Below are positions 27,795 to 37,166 of a DNA stretch of 64,000 bases, piece after piece. The first letter of the stretch is position 1, and each line of letters starts with the position of its first letter. The notes under the pieces were generated by a model. The model was not told the origin of the DNA. It did no database searches and saw nothing but the letters and a program-made list of their open reading frames with translations. The DNA comes from an uncultured Actinomycetota bacterium (GTDB taxonomy: Bacteria > Actinomycetota > Humimicrobiia > Humimicrobiales > Humimicrobiaceae). The position numbers and the translations under genes were made by a program. The stretch spans positions 72,742 through 136,741 of the forward strand of contig CAZLXJ010000024.1 of assembly GCA_964563645.1 (NCBI GenBank), read 5' to 3'.

Positions 27795-29433
27795 AAAACC
27801 GATGAAAAAAATACTGGGCGCCAGCGTGGGCAGCTGTATCCATATAGCAGGAATACTGAATTTTTTAAATATCGCAAAAAGACTGGGGTGTGAGATAAAA
27901 TTTGCAGGCCCTGCAATGGGAATAGAGGATCTTGTTTTAGAAATAAAAGATTATTCACCCGATATAGCAGCAATAAGCTACAGGCTGTCACCAGAAAGCG
28001 TTATGCCTGTTTTTAAAGAACTGGAGGAAAAAATAAATGGGGATAATTCACTTAAAAAAATAGAATTTGTCCTTGGAACCACGAAGCCCGTCGCCAGAAT
28101 AGCCGAAAAGACAGGTATATTTAGTAGAATATTTACCGGAGAAGATGGGATAGAAGAAGTTGAGGGATATTTAAAAAAGGAAAAAATAAGCAGTGAGGAT
28201 ATAATACCTCCGGGTGACCTGCAGGGAAGGATTGAATATAAAAAACCTTTTCCAATTGTAAGGCATCATTTTGGAAGGCCAACCCTCAAAGAGACCCTCG
28301 AAGGCATAAAAGTTCTGGCTGAAAGCAGGACCCTGGATGTTATTTCAATCGGCCCCGATCAAAATACCCAGGAATTTTTCTTTCATCCCGAAAAAATGAA
28401 CCCCGGACAGGACGGCGCAGGCGGGGTACCGCTTAGAAGCGAAGAAGATTTCACGAAGATATTCGAAGCTTCAAAGACCGGTAATTATCCGTTACTTAGG
28501 TGTTACAGCGGTACGAATGATATTATAAGGATGGCGGAGCTATTACATAAAAATATAAAAAATGCGTGGTGCGCAGTACCACTTTTCTGGTACAACGAAC
28601 TCGACAGCAGGAGCACCAGGAAACTCAAGGATTCAATTGAAGAAAACCAATCAGTAATGAAATGGCACGGAAAACGCAATATTCCAGTAGAGGTTAACGA
28701 ATCGCATCACTGGGGCCTCAGGTATGCACCTGATGCCATAGAAGCCGCAGCAGCTTATCTGGCTGCATATAATGCAAAAAAGATGGGAGTGAAAATATAT
28801 GTGTCACAGTATATGTTTAATACTCCCCCCGAAATATCATTTTCAATGGATCTTGCCAAGATGCTGGCAAAAATCGAGCTCATAGAATCACTGCATGACG
28901 GGAATTTTAGAACAATAAGAGAGACGAGAACAGGACTTTTCAGCTATCCGGTAGATTTTGACGAGAGCAAGGGCCAGCTGGCGTCTTCTACAATGCTTCA
29001 GATGCAGCTTAAGCCGGAAATAATACATATAGTGGGATACTGCGAGGCAGATCATGCGGCCAGGGCGGAAGATATAATAGAAAGCACTAAAATCGCAGGA
29101 AGGGTAATAGAAAACTGCATACAGGGCTGTCCCGATATGAAACGTGACAGGCATATCCTGAAAAGAAAAAACGAGCTTGTAGCCGAAAGTAAGGCAATAA
29201 TAGATAAGATAAGAGAGCTGGACAGGAAAGGAACTTATCCGGACCCGCTGATATCTCCCGGGGTCCTTGCAATGTCTGTAAAAAAGGGGATTCTAGACGC
29301 TCCCCACCTGTCAGGAGTAAGGGCTGCTAAAGGCACCATACTCAATGTTTTTGTGGAGGGCAAGAACTGTTCAGCTGACAAAAACCTGAATCCAATATCG
29401 GAATTTGAAAGACTCAAGAGTATATCCATCTAA
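27781..29433 (+). CDS. Fusion of a MutS-like cobalamin-binding domain and a glutamate-mutase-E-like barrel (uncharacterised)
   Basis: N-terminal KKILGASVGSCIHIAGIL aligns by eye with the GSDCHAVG (DxHxxG) region of glutamate mutase S. The remainder (RHHFGRPTLKETLEGIKVLAES..DVISIGPDQNTQ; KGILDAPHLSGVRAAKG) resembles GlmE blocks. An alternative ATG is at 27802. Confidence 0.5.
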   Translation: MERGRKPMKKILGASVGSCIHIAGILNFLNIAKRLGCEIKFAGPAMGIEDLVLEIKDYSPDIAAISYRLSPESVMPVFKELEEKINGDNSLKKIEFVLGTTKPVARIAEKTGIFSRIFTGEDGIEEVEGYLKKEKISSEDIIPPGDLQGRIEYKKPFPIVRHHFGRPTLKETLEGIKVLAESRTLDVISIGPDQNTQEFFFHPEKMNPGQDGAGGVPLRSEEDFTKIFEASKTGNYPLLRCYSGTNDIIRMAELLHKNIKNAWCAVPLFWYNELDSRSTRKLKDSIEENQSVMKWHGKRNIPVEVNESHHWGLRYAPDAIEAAAAYLAAYNAKKMGVKIYVSQYMFNTPPEISFSMDLAKMLAKIELIESLHDGNFRTIRETRTGLFSYPVDFDESKGQLASSTMLQMQLKPEIIHIVGYCEADHAARAEDIIESTKIAGRVIENCIQGCPDMKRDRHILKRKNELVAESKAIIDKIRELDRKGTYPDPLISPGVLAMSVKKGILDAPHLSGVRAAKGTILNVFVEGKNCSADKNLNPISEFERLKSISI

Positions 29434-29497
29434 GTTTTACTTTTTTATTGTTTTGTAATATTATTCTTTTCTTAAATATTTTTTTAATTAAACTTTT

Positions 29498-30781
29498 ATG
29501 TTCGAATTTAAAAAAGAAAATAAGAATATAAGACTTCCCTCTGGTTTCAGGGATATCTTTCCGGTTGAATCAGCCGAAAGAAATGAAATAAAAAAAATAA
29601 TAGGAAGAATTTTTAAAAACTGGGGATATGGTGAGATAAAAACTCCTGTAATGGAATATACTGAGAATATTTCAATAGGGGTGGGTAAAGACTGGAAGGA
29701 AAAACTGATTAACTTTATTGATACTGACGGCAGTCTTATATCGCTCAGGACAGACATGACAATACCTATTGCAAGGCTGGCCGGTATGAGGTTGAAAAAG
29801 GATCAGCTTCCTGCGAGATTCTGCTATTTTTCTGATGTGTTCAGACAGAAAAGCAGCCAGACCGGAGATAAAAGGGTATTTTCACAGGCAGGCCTTGAAT
29901 TTCTTGGCTCTTCTGAAAAACTGTATGCCGATCTTGAAGTCTTGATTATACTTATAAGAATAATGGAATCTCTGGGACTTTATGGGTTTAAGACAGGTAT
30001 TGGCCATATAGGTTTTATAGCAGGTCTTTTTGAGTGGCTTGGAATAGAAAACGAGAAAAAGACAGAGTTGAAAAAATATATTGTCAATAAGGATTTTGTA
30101 AGGATCGATAGCTTTCTGGATGAAATTGATAGAAGCAAAAAAAGTATATTTATGAGCCTTATGCGGCCAGAGAACGATATAAAAAGATTATCAGAAATAG
30201 TGGCTGAAATAGGCGGGGAGGGAGTATCGGAAGTTTTTAAATATCTCAGGAATTTATGCATTATGCTGGAAGAACATGGTTATGGCAAGTATATTATTTT
30301 TGATTTCAGCATAATAAGGGAATTTGACTATTATACAGGTCTTCTGTTTGAAATCTATAGCCCGGGAATAACTGAAATAATAGGCAGCGGGGGGAGATAT
30401 GACGGCCTTGTCAAAAAATTTGGAGCAAATATACCTGCAACCGGATTTGCCCTGGATATAGACACGCTGCATGGTTCACTGGGAGACAGGGAACTTGTGT
30501 TTAAAAAAAAGATAATACTTTCAAATCCAGGAAAACAAGCGAGTATGACAGAGATTATAAAGCTTGCAGATAGAATAAGGAACACAGGCGCAGATGTAGA
30601 GATCATTATGGAAAGCGTAAGGGACAGTAAATTATTTGCCATGGAGAAGGGCTGCGGGATAGTTGCTGAAGCATCAAAAGACTTTTCGAAAATAAAAATG
30701 ACATATTGTGATAGCGGGAGCGTCAGTATTAAAAGTATTGATTCGTTTCTGGAAGAACTTAAAAAATGGAAAAAGGATTAA
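29498..30781 (+). CDS. hisZ: ATP phosphoribosyltransferase regulatory subunit (HisRS paralog)
   Basis: LPSGFRDIFP, YGEIKTPVMEY, GSGGRYD. It overlaps the short-form hisG. Confidence 0.85.
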   Translation: MFEFKKENKNIRLPSGFRDIFPVESAERNEIKKIIGRIFKNWGYGEIKTPVMEYTENISIGVGKDWKEKLINFIDTDGSLISLRTDMTIPIARLAGMRLKKDQLPARFCYFSDVFRQKSSQTGDKRVFSQAGLEFLGSSEKLYADLEVLIILIRIMESLGLYGFKTGIGHIGFIAGLFEWLGIENEKKTELKKYIVNKDFVRIDSFLDEIDRSKKSIFMSLMRPENDIKRLSEIVAEIGGEGVSEVFKYLRNLCIMLEEHGYGKYIIFDFSIIREFDYYTGLLFEIYSPGITEIIGSGGRYDGLVKKFGANIPATGFALDIDTLHGSLGDRELVFKKKIILSNPGKQASMTEIIKLADRIRNTGADVEIIMESVRDSKLFAMEKGCGIVAEASKDFSKIKMTYCDSGSVSIKSIDSFLEELKKWKKD

Positions 30782-31413
30782 AAATTGCACTGCCAAAAGG
30801 TTATCTCTATAAAGAGTGCCTTTCTATTCTGGAGAGGGCGGGTTATAATACCGGACCGCTGAAAGAAAAGGACCGGAGGCTTGTTATCAAATCGGACAGC
30901 GATCTGCTGCAGTATATTATCTGCAGGCCAATGGATGTACCAGCATATGTGGAATATGGTGCGTGCGATATTGGTTTTTGCGGCAAAGACGTACTTGCTG
31001 AAAAGGAAAGCAGGGTATATGAACTTTTAGATCTTAAAATCGGAAAGTGCAGGCTTGTACTGGCAACCGTAAAAGATGAAATAGAGAAAGTAAAAAAATA
31101 CTACCAGCACTTTGGTTCTTTAAAAGTAGCAACAAGCTATCCCAATATAGCAGAAAAATATTTTGATTCAAAGGGCATACAGGCAGAGGTTATAAAGCTC
31201 TATGGTTCAGTTGAACTGGCGCCTGTTCTTGGGATAGCGGAGGAGATACTTGATATTACTTCCACGGGAAAGACATTGAATGAAAACAATCTTGTGGAAA
31301 TGGAGACGATAATGGAGTCGTCAACAAGGCTTATTGCAAATATCGCAGGCTATAAGTTAAAATATGATGTAATAAAAAGATTTATAAAAAGAATAAAAAA
31401 AGCTGTAATATAG
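30766..31413 (+). CDS. hisG: ATP phosphoribosyltransferase, short form
   Basis: 215 aa. Motifs: LKIALPKG, DVPAYVEYGACDIGFCGKDVL, DITSTGKTL. Confidence 0.9.
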   Translation: MEKGLKIALPKGYLYKECLSILERAGYNTGPLKEKDRRLVIKSDSDLLQYIICRPMDVPAYVEYGACDIGFCGKDVLAEKESRVYELLDLKIGKCRLVLATVKDEIEKVKKYYQHFGSLKVATSYPNIAEKYFDSKGIQAEVIKLYGSVELAPVLGIAEEILDITSTGKTLNENNLVEMETIMESSTRLIANIAGYKLKYDVIKRFIKRIKKAVI

Positions 31414-31432
31414 AGAGAGACCGGCTGATCAT

Positions 31433-32020
31433 ATGAAGAGAAAAGCTAAAATAGAGCGCAGGACAAAAGAAACTGATATAATTCTTGAACTGGACCTGGA
31501 TGGAGAGGGAAATTCAGATATAAACACTACAATTCCCTTTATAGACCATGTCCTGGAAAGTTTTACATGCCACGGCAGGTTTAACTTTTACTTAAAAGCC
31601 TCCGGGGATACAGATGTTGAAAATCATCACCTTATTGAAGATATAGGCGTATGCCTTGGAAAAGCTATTGCTGAGTGCCTGGAAGAAAAGAAAGGCATAA
31701 ACCGTTTTGGACATATCACCATACCTATGGATGAAGCAGAAGTTTCTATATCGATGGATATAGGAGGAAGGGCCTTTCTCTCATATAGGGTGGAAATGGA
31801 ATATGAAATACTTGAAGGGGGCCTGGAGACCTCCATAATAGAAGATTTTTTCCAGGCTCTTGTAAGTAATAGTTTTATAAACCTGCATATAACAAAAAAT
31901 GCCGGTATTGCCTCACATCATATTATTGAAGCTGTCTTTAAAGCTTTTGGGATGGTGCTCCGTCAGGCAAGCAGGATAACAGGCGGAGGTCCAATACCTT
32001 CAACCAAAGGTTTAATCTGA
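31433..32020 (+). CDS. hisB: Imidazoleglycerol-phosphate dehydratase
   Basis: RRTKETDI, DHVLESF, NHHLIEDIG, SHHIIEAVFKAFG. Confidence 0.9.
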   Translation: MKRKAKIERRTKETDIILELDLDGEGNSDINTTIPFIDHVLESFTCHGRFNFYLKASGDTDVENHHLIEDIGVCLGKAIAECLEEKKGINRFGHITIPMDEAEVSISMDIGGRAFLSYRVEMEYEILEGGLETSIIEDFFQALVSNSFINLHITKNAGIASHHIIEAVFKAFGMVLRQASRITGGGPIPSTKGLI

Positions 32021-32154
32021 GACAATATTATGCTATATGCCTTTAGGGTCTTTCACCCGGTGTGTAATAATGGTAAGGCAAACCTTTAATGAGGTAAAAT
32101 TATCCGGATGCATAAGATGCGTAAATTGGTAAATATGTTATAAACGGAAAAGAT

Positions 32155-32769
32155 ATGTATATAGCATTGATAAATTATGGAATGGGAAATATTAAAAGTG
32201 TTGAAAATTCTTTTATTAATGCCGGAGCAGAAGTAAGGGTCACTTCCGACCCGGCGGTAATAGATAGGTCTGCCGCAATAGTACTTCCCGGTGTAGGAGG
32301 TTTTATAGATGCTTATATAAATCTTGAAAAGAAAGGGCTGATTGAACCTATTTATAAAAATATCAGTGAAAAACCTTTTCTTGGGATATGCCTTGGCATG
32401 CAGCTTTTATTTGAATACAGCCTGGAAGTCAGGAAGCAAAAAGGACTTGGCATATTTAAAGGCTCTGTCCAAAAGATAACCGGTAGTGTAAAAATACCGC
32501 ATATGGGATGGAATCAGATAAATATAATAAAAAAGGACAGTAAAATCTTAAAAGGGATAAAAAATGGCGAAAATTTTTATTTTGTCCACTCATATCATGC
32601 ATTTCTCCCGGACCATGATAATGTAAGCAGCACCACAGATTACGGCACGGATATAGTTGCAAGCATAGAGAAGGATAATATATATGGTTTTCAATTTCAC
32701 CCGGAGAAAAGCAGCGTAATGGGGCAGAGATTAATAAAGAATTTTTTAGATCTTGCGGGAGGCATGTGA
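32155..32769 (+). CDS. hisH: Imidazole glycerol phosphate synthase, glutaminase subunit
   Basis: YGMGNIKSV, LPGVGGF, GICLGMQLL, FQFHPEKS. Confidence 0.9.
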   Translation: MYIALINYGMGNIKSVENSFINAGAEVRVTSDPAVIDRSAAIVLPGVGGFIDAYINLEKKGLIEPIYKNISEKPFLGICLGMQLLFEYSLEVRKQKGLGIFKGSVQKITGSVKIPHMGWNQINIIKKDSKILKGIKNGENFYFVHSYHAFLPDHDNVSSTTDYGTDIVASIEKDNIYGFQFHPEKSSVMGQRLIKNFLDLAGGM

Positions 32770-33506
32770 TGCTTATCCTGCCGGCCATAGATATAATAAA
32801 CGGAGCCTGTGTAAGGCTTACAAAAGGTGATTTCAGGCAGAAAAAGACATATTTCAGCGATCCTTTTGAAGTTGCGGAAAAATGGGAAAGACAGGGGGCG
32901 GAGTGTATACATATAATAGATCTCGACGGAGCAAGAACAGGTAAGATGTCAAATCTTTCCATAGCTTCCAGGATAAGGAATACTCTGGATATAAAGGTTC
33001 AATACGGAGGCGGAATAAGAACCCTGAGTGCTATAGAAAGGGTCCTTTCGGGAGGAATAGACAGGGCAATACTTGGTACAAGGGCAATAGAGGATAAAGG
33101 TTTCTTAACTTCGTGCTCTAAAAAATATAATAAAAGTATAATAATAAGCCTGGATTACGGTAAAAATGGGGTAATATATAAAAGCGGATGGCAGAAAAGG
33201 ACATCAAAGAATATATTTGATTTTTTAAAAGTCCTGGAGCTGCTTAAAATAAAAGAGGTAATAGCAACAGACATAGACAGGGATGGTACGATGGAGGGCC
33301 CTGACATAAATTTTCTCATTAAATTGCTGATGTCAACCAGCATAAACTTTATAATAGCCGGCGGTATAGCAAATATTGAAGATATAAAGAAATTGAAAGA
33401 AATCGAGGATTACGGTATAAGCGGCATTATTGCCGGAAAGTCTTTATACGAGGGTAAAAAACCAATGGACCTCGTAGAAGCAATAAGGATTGGAAGGGAA
33501 AAATGA
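32766..33506 (+). CDS. hisA: ProFAR isomerase
   Basis: [38 protein letters not shown]. Confidence 0.9.
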   Translation: MMLILPAIDIINGACVRLTKGDFRQKKTYFSDPFEVAEKWERQGAECIHIIDLDGARTGKMSNLSIASRIRNTLDIKVQYGGGIRTLSAIERVLSGGIDRAILGTRAIEDKGFLTSCSKKYNKSIIISLDYGKNGVIYKSGWQKRTSKNIFDFLKVLELLKIKEVIATDIDRDGTMEGPDINFLIKLLMSTSINFIIAGGIANIEDIKKLKEIEDYGISGIIAGKSLYEGKKPMDLVEAIRIGREK

Positions 33507-34261
33507 TAACCAAGAGGATAATACCCTGTCTTGATGTAGACAGGGGCAGGGTAGTCAAGGGCATAGGTTTTATTAATCTGCGGGATGCCGGCGATCCTGT
33601 AGAGCTTGCCGCTTTTTATGACCGGGAAGGTGCAGATGAAATTGTATTCCTTGACATCACCGCATCACACGAGAACAGGAAAACTGTTGTAGAACTTGCC
33701 AGCAGGACATCAGAAAAGGTGTTCATTCCCTATACAATCGGGGGAGGCATAAAAAATATAGACGATATAAGGGAGATCTTAAAAAAAGGGGCCGATAAAG
33801 TATCAATAAATACTTCTGCCTTTCAAGATCATTCACTTATAGAAAATGCAGCAGAGATATTTGGCAGCCAGTGTATAGTCGTAGCTATCGATGCAAAATA
33901 CAGAAGAAAAGACTACTGGGAGGTTTTTCTGAATGGAGGAAGGACTCCTACCGGAAAGGATGCCGTTGAATGGGCCGCTGAAGCAGAAAGGCTTGGAGCA
34001 GGAGAACTTCTCCTGACCAGCATGGATAAGGATGGAACTAAAGAGGGCTATGATATCGAACTGACAGGAGCCGTCTCTTCAGCAGTAAATATACCGGTTA
34101 TAGCATCCGGGGGCGCGGGGAAGCTGAGCCACCTCAGGGATGTAATAAAATATGCAGATGCAGATGCTGTCCTTGTTGCTTCAATTTTTCATTACGGGCA
34201 GCATACTATAAGGGAAGCCAAGGAATATCTAAGGAATGAAGGGATTAACGTAAGGTTATGA
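33503..34261 (+). CDS. hisF: Imidazole glycerol phosphate synthase, cyclase subunit
   Basis: [39 protein letters not shown]. Confidence 0.95.
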   Translation: MITKRIIPCLDVDRGRVVKGIGFINLRDAGDPVELAAFYDREGADEIVFLDITASHENRKTVVELASRTSEKVFIPYTIGGGIKNIDDIREILKKGADKVSINTSAFQDHSLIENAAEIFGSQCIVVAIDAKYRRKDYWEVFLNGGRTPTGKDAVEWAAEAERLGAGELLLTSMDKDGTKEGYDIELTGAVSSAVNIPVIASGGAGKLSHLRDVIKYADADAVLVASIFHYGQHTIREAKEYLRNEGINVRL

Positions 34262-34294
34262 TTTATTAAATCAAAGTTTTATAAGGATATTTAT

Positions 34295-34924
34295 ATGGAA
34301 GAAGATAAGACACTGATACCGGCTATTATACAGGATTATAAAACCAGGGAAGTCCTCATGCTTGCGTATATGGACAGGGTTTCCCTGAAAAAAAGCATCG
34401 AGGAAGGTAATACATGGTTCTGGAGCAGGTCCAGGAATAGGCTCTGGAAAAAAGGTGAGACATCGGGGAACATACAGACCATAAAGGATATAAAATATGA
34501 TTGTGACAATGATGCCATCCTGGTATTTGTAGATCAAAAAGGGCCGGCATGCCATACAGGTAACAGGAGCTGTTTTTACCGTACACTTACAGATCCTGAA
34601 AAGAATATAGATTTTGGTAAAAAAACAAAAAACGTTATTAGTAAGAGCTCAGTAATAAAGAGCCTTTATGATGTAATAAAAGGAAGGATATCGGAAGGCA
34701 GGAAAGATTCATATACTTTTTCCCTCCATAAAAAAGGCATTGATGAAGTATTGAAAAAATTTGGAGAGGAGGCTATTGAAGTAATACTGGCTGCAAAACA
34801 TCAAAAAAAAGAAGCTATCATATATGAGATAAGCGACCTGGTATACCATCTGCTTGTCCTGATGGGGGAGAAGAATATAGATCCCGACCAGATCTATGAT
34901 GAGTTAATATCCAGGAAAAAATAG
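34295..34924 (+). CDS. hisI: Bifunctional phosphoribosyl-AMP cyclohydrolase / phosphoribosyl-ATP pyrophosphatase
   Basis: N-terminal half: [27 protein letters not shown]-terminal half: [11 protein letters not shown]...[12 protein letters not shown]. Confidence 0.9.
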   Translation: MEEDKTLIPAIIQDYKTREVLMLAYMDRVSLKKSIEEGNTWFWSRSRNRLWKKGETSGNIQTIKDIKYDCDNDAILVFVDQKGPACHTGNRSCFYRTLTDPEKNIDFGKKTKNVISKSSVIKSLYDVIKGRISEGRKDSYTFSLHKKGIDEVLKKFGEEAIEVILAAKHQKKEAIIYEISDLVYHLLVLMGEKNIDPDQIYDELISRKK

Positions 34925-34934
34925 GAGGATATAT

Positions 34935-35900
34935 TTGGGAGTAAAAAAAAGGATAGCCGTTATCACAAGCGGCGGAGATGCCAGCGGTATGAATGCGACG
35001 ATAAGAGCTGTTACACGTTATGGCATTTACAGAGGGCTTCAGGTATATGGTTTTTATGAAGGTTATAAGGGCCTTATAAACAATAACTTTGTAATACTGG
35101 ATCCTGCGTCTGTCGGGGGTATCATTGACAGGGGCGGCACATTTCTTTATTCAGCAAGGTCGGAAAGGTTCAAATGCCGGGAAGGGCAGAAGGAAGCTAT
35201 CGGTAATATAAAAAAGAACGGCATAGAAGGCCTTATAGTAATAGGCGGGGACGGTTCTTTCAGGGGGGCACATGAGCTCCACAAACAGGGTATAAAAGTG
35301 ATTGGAATCCCCGCTACCATAGACAATGACATACCCGGCACAGATTACAGCATAGGTTTTGATACGGCACTCAATGTCATAATCGGACTAATTTCAAAAA
35401 TAAGGGACACGGCTTACTCCCATGACAGGATTTTTGTGATAGAGGTGATGGGGAGGAATTCAGGTATTATTGCCATAAATACAGGCCTTGCCTGCGGGGC
35501 AGATTTTATACTCATTCCGGAAAAGAAAGTTGACATAATAGGTATTGCAGACAGCATAAAAAAGAACAGGGAGAATAAGAGGCACACCCTGGTTATAGTA
35601 GCGGAGGGTGCTGCAAAGGCGGGCGAAGTGGCTTCATCAATAAAGCTGCTGGTGGGAAGGGAAGTCCGGGTATCCGTCCTCGGCCATATCCAGAGGGGCG
35701 GTTCTCCTGCTGCTCTCGACAGGAAACTGGCAGCTGAATTCGGGAAGAGATCCGTAGATCTTTTAATCGAAGGTGAAAGTGATTGCATGGTCGGAATAAA
35801 GGCAATGAAAATAATAACCCAGAGATTTGAAGATATATTCGAGACGGTAAAAGGAATAGATGAAAGCCTTTATGATCTTACAGATATACTTTCAAAGTAA
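34935..35900 (+). CDS. pfkA: ATP-dependent 6-phosphofructokinase
   Basis: IAVITSGGDASGMNA, IGGDGSF, PATIDNDI, VMGRNSG. TTG start lies 5 nt after AGGAGG. Confidence 0.9.
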   Translation: MGVKKRIAVITSGGDASGMNATIRAVTRYGIYRGLQVYGFYEGYKGLINNNFVILDPASVGGIIDRGGTFLYSARSERFKCREGQKEAIGNIKKNGIEGLIVIGGDGSFRGAHELHKQGIKVIGIPATIDNDIPGTDYSIGFDTALNVIIGLISKIRDTAYSHDRIFVIEVMGRNSGIIAINTGLACGADFILIPEKKVDIIGIADSIKKNRENKRHTLVIVAEGAAKAGEVASSIKLLVGREVRVSVLGHIQRGGSPAALDRKLAAEFGKRSVDLLIEGESDCMVGIKAMKIITQRFEDIFETVKGIDESLYDLTDILSK

Positions 35901-36012
35901 TAGAATTTTAGGATATTGTGAGAATATAAAAACATAAAGAACACTTCAGGTAAATAATTAAAATTGGTAATATATAACAGGAATAAAAATTATTACTTAA
36001 AGGTGAAGTATT

Positions 36013-36882
36013 ATGTTTGAAGGAGTTTTTACTGCAATAGTGACACCATTCAGCGAGGATGGAAGCCTTGATCTTGAAAGCCTTGGGAAACTGATAGAAT
36101 TTCAGATAGATAACAACATTTCAGGAATAGTACCAGTTGGTACAACCGGTGAGAGCCCTACCCTTAGGATAGAAGAGCACATAAAGGTTGTCGAATATAC
36201 CTGCAGCAAGGTCGATGGAAGGGTCAAGGTAATAGCCGGAGCAGGATCAAACAATACGGATGAAGCCATAGAGCTTTCAAAGGCAGCCGAACAGGCCGGG
36301 GCAGACGCAACATTGCAGGTAGCGCCTTATTATAATAAACCGACCCAGGAAGGCCTCTACAGGCATTATATAAAAATAGCCGACAGGGTAAATATACCCC
36401 ATATAATATACAATATCCCGTCCAGGACAGGCAGGAATATTGAGGTAGACACTATGGTGAGGCTTGCAGACCATCCGAATATTGCCGGAGTAAAGGAGGC
36501 ATCCGGTAATATAATACAGATGATGCAGATAATAGAGAAGGCGCCGGATAGTTTTGCCGTGCTTTCCGGAGATGACAGTATTACCCTTCCCCTCACTGCA
36601 GCAGGCGGCAGGGGGTTGATAAGTGTATCCAGCAATCTTTTCCCTGGACTTATGGTTGATTTTGTCCAGTCAGGCCTCAGGGGGGATTTTGATATGATGG
36701 CAAGGCTGAATTACAAGCTGATGCCGCTTTTCAGGATGATGTGCATTGAACAGAATCCCATTCCAATAAAAACTGCAATGGCATTAAAAGGTTATCTGAA
36801 GGAGGTATTCCGCCTTCCCCTATGCCAGCTGAGACCTGAAAACCGGGAGAAACTGGCAGAATTTCTGGAAGAATTTGAATAA
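36013..36882 (+). CDS. dapA: 4-hydroxy-tetrahydrodipicolinate synthase
   Basis: VPVGTTGESPTL, YNKPTQEGLY, YNIPSRTG, VKEASGN. Confidence 0.9.
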   Translation: MFEGVFTAIVTPFSEDGSLDLESLGKLIEFQIDNNISGIVPVGTTGESPTLRIEEHIKVVEYTCSKVDGRVKVIAGAGSNNTDEAIELSKAAEQAGADATLQVAPYYNKPTQEGLYRHYIKIADRVNIPHIIYNIPSRTGRNIEVDTMVRLADHPNIAGVKEASGNIIQMMQIIEKAPDSFAVLSGDDSITLPLTAAGGRGLISVSSNLFPGLMVDFVQSGLRGDFDMMARLNYKLMPLFRMMCIEQNPIPIKTAMALKGYLKEVFRLPLCQLRPENREKLAEFLEEFE

Positions 36883-36910
36883 TTATAAAGGTGTATTTGG
36901 AACATGATAC

Positions 36911-36999
36911 TGGTGCCGAAGGCCGGGGTCGAACCGGCACGAACCTTTCGGCCCACTGGATTTTGAGTCCAGCGCGTCTGCCAATTCCGCCACTTCGGC
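36911..36999 (-). tRNA. tRNA-Leu (anticodon CAA), CCA encoded
   Basis: The reverse complement is GCCGAAGTGGCGGAATTGGCAGACGCGCTGGACTCAAAATCCAGTGGGCCGAAAGGTTCGTGCCGGTTCGACCCCGGCCTTCGGCACCA. It has a 7-bp acceptor stem, anticodon loop CU-CAA-AA, a long variable arm, and GGTTCGA in the T-loop. Confidence 0.92.
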
Positions 37000-37008
37000 A
37001 CGGTAAAA

Positions 37009-37037
37009 ATCATACAATTTATCACTGCTATAATCAA
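37009..37037 (-). promoter_or_regulatory. Sigma-70-like promoter for tRNA-Leu
   Basis: Minus strand reads TTGATT, a 17-nt spacer, then TATGAT. It ends about 9 nt before the tRNA 5' end. Confidence 0.45.
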
Positions 37038-37166
37038 GAAAATATATTATATGGCAGCGGTAATTAGATAAGCAGGTAATTCAGCGGCCAGCAGTGGTTT
37101 GTGTTATACTCTTATCTCTTAACAGTTTTAAAGTTTTAAGATAAATTTTTATACTGAAAAAGATTC

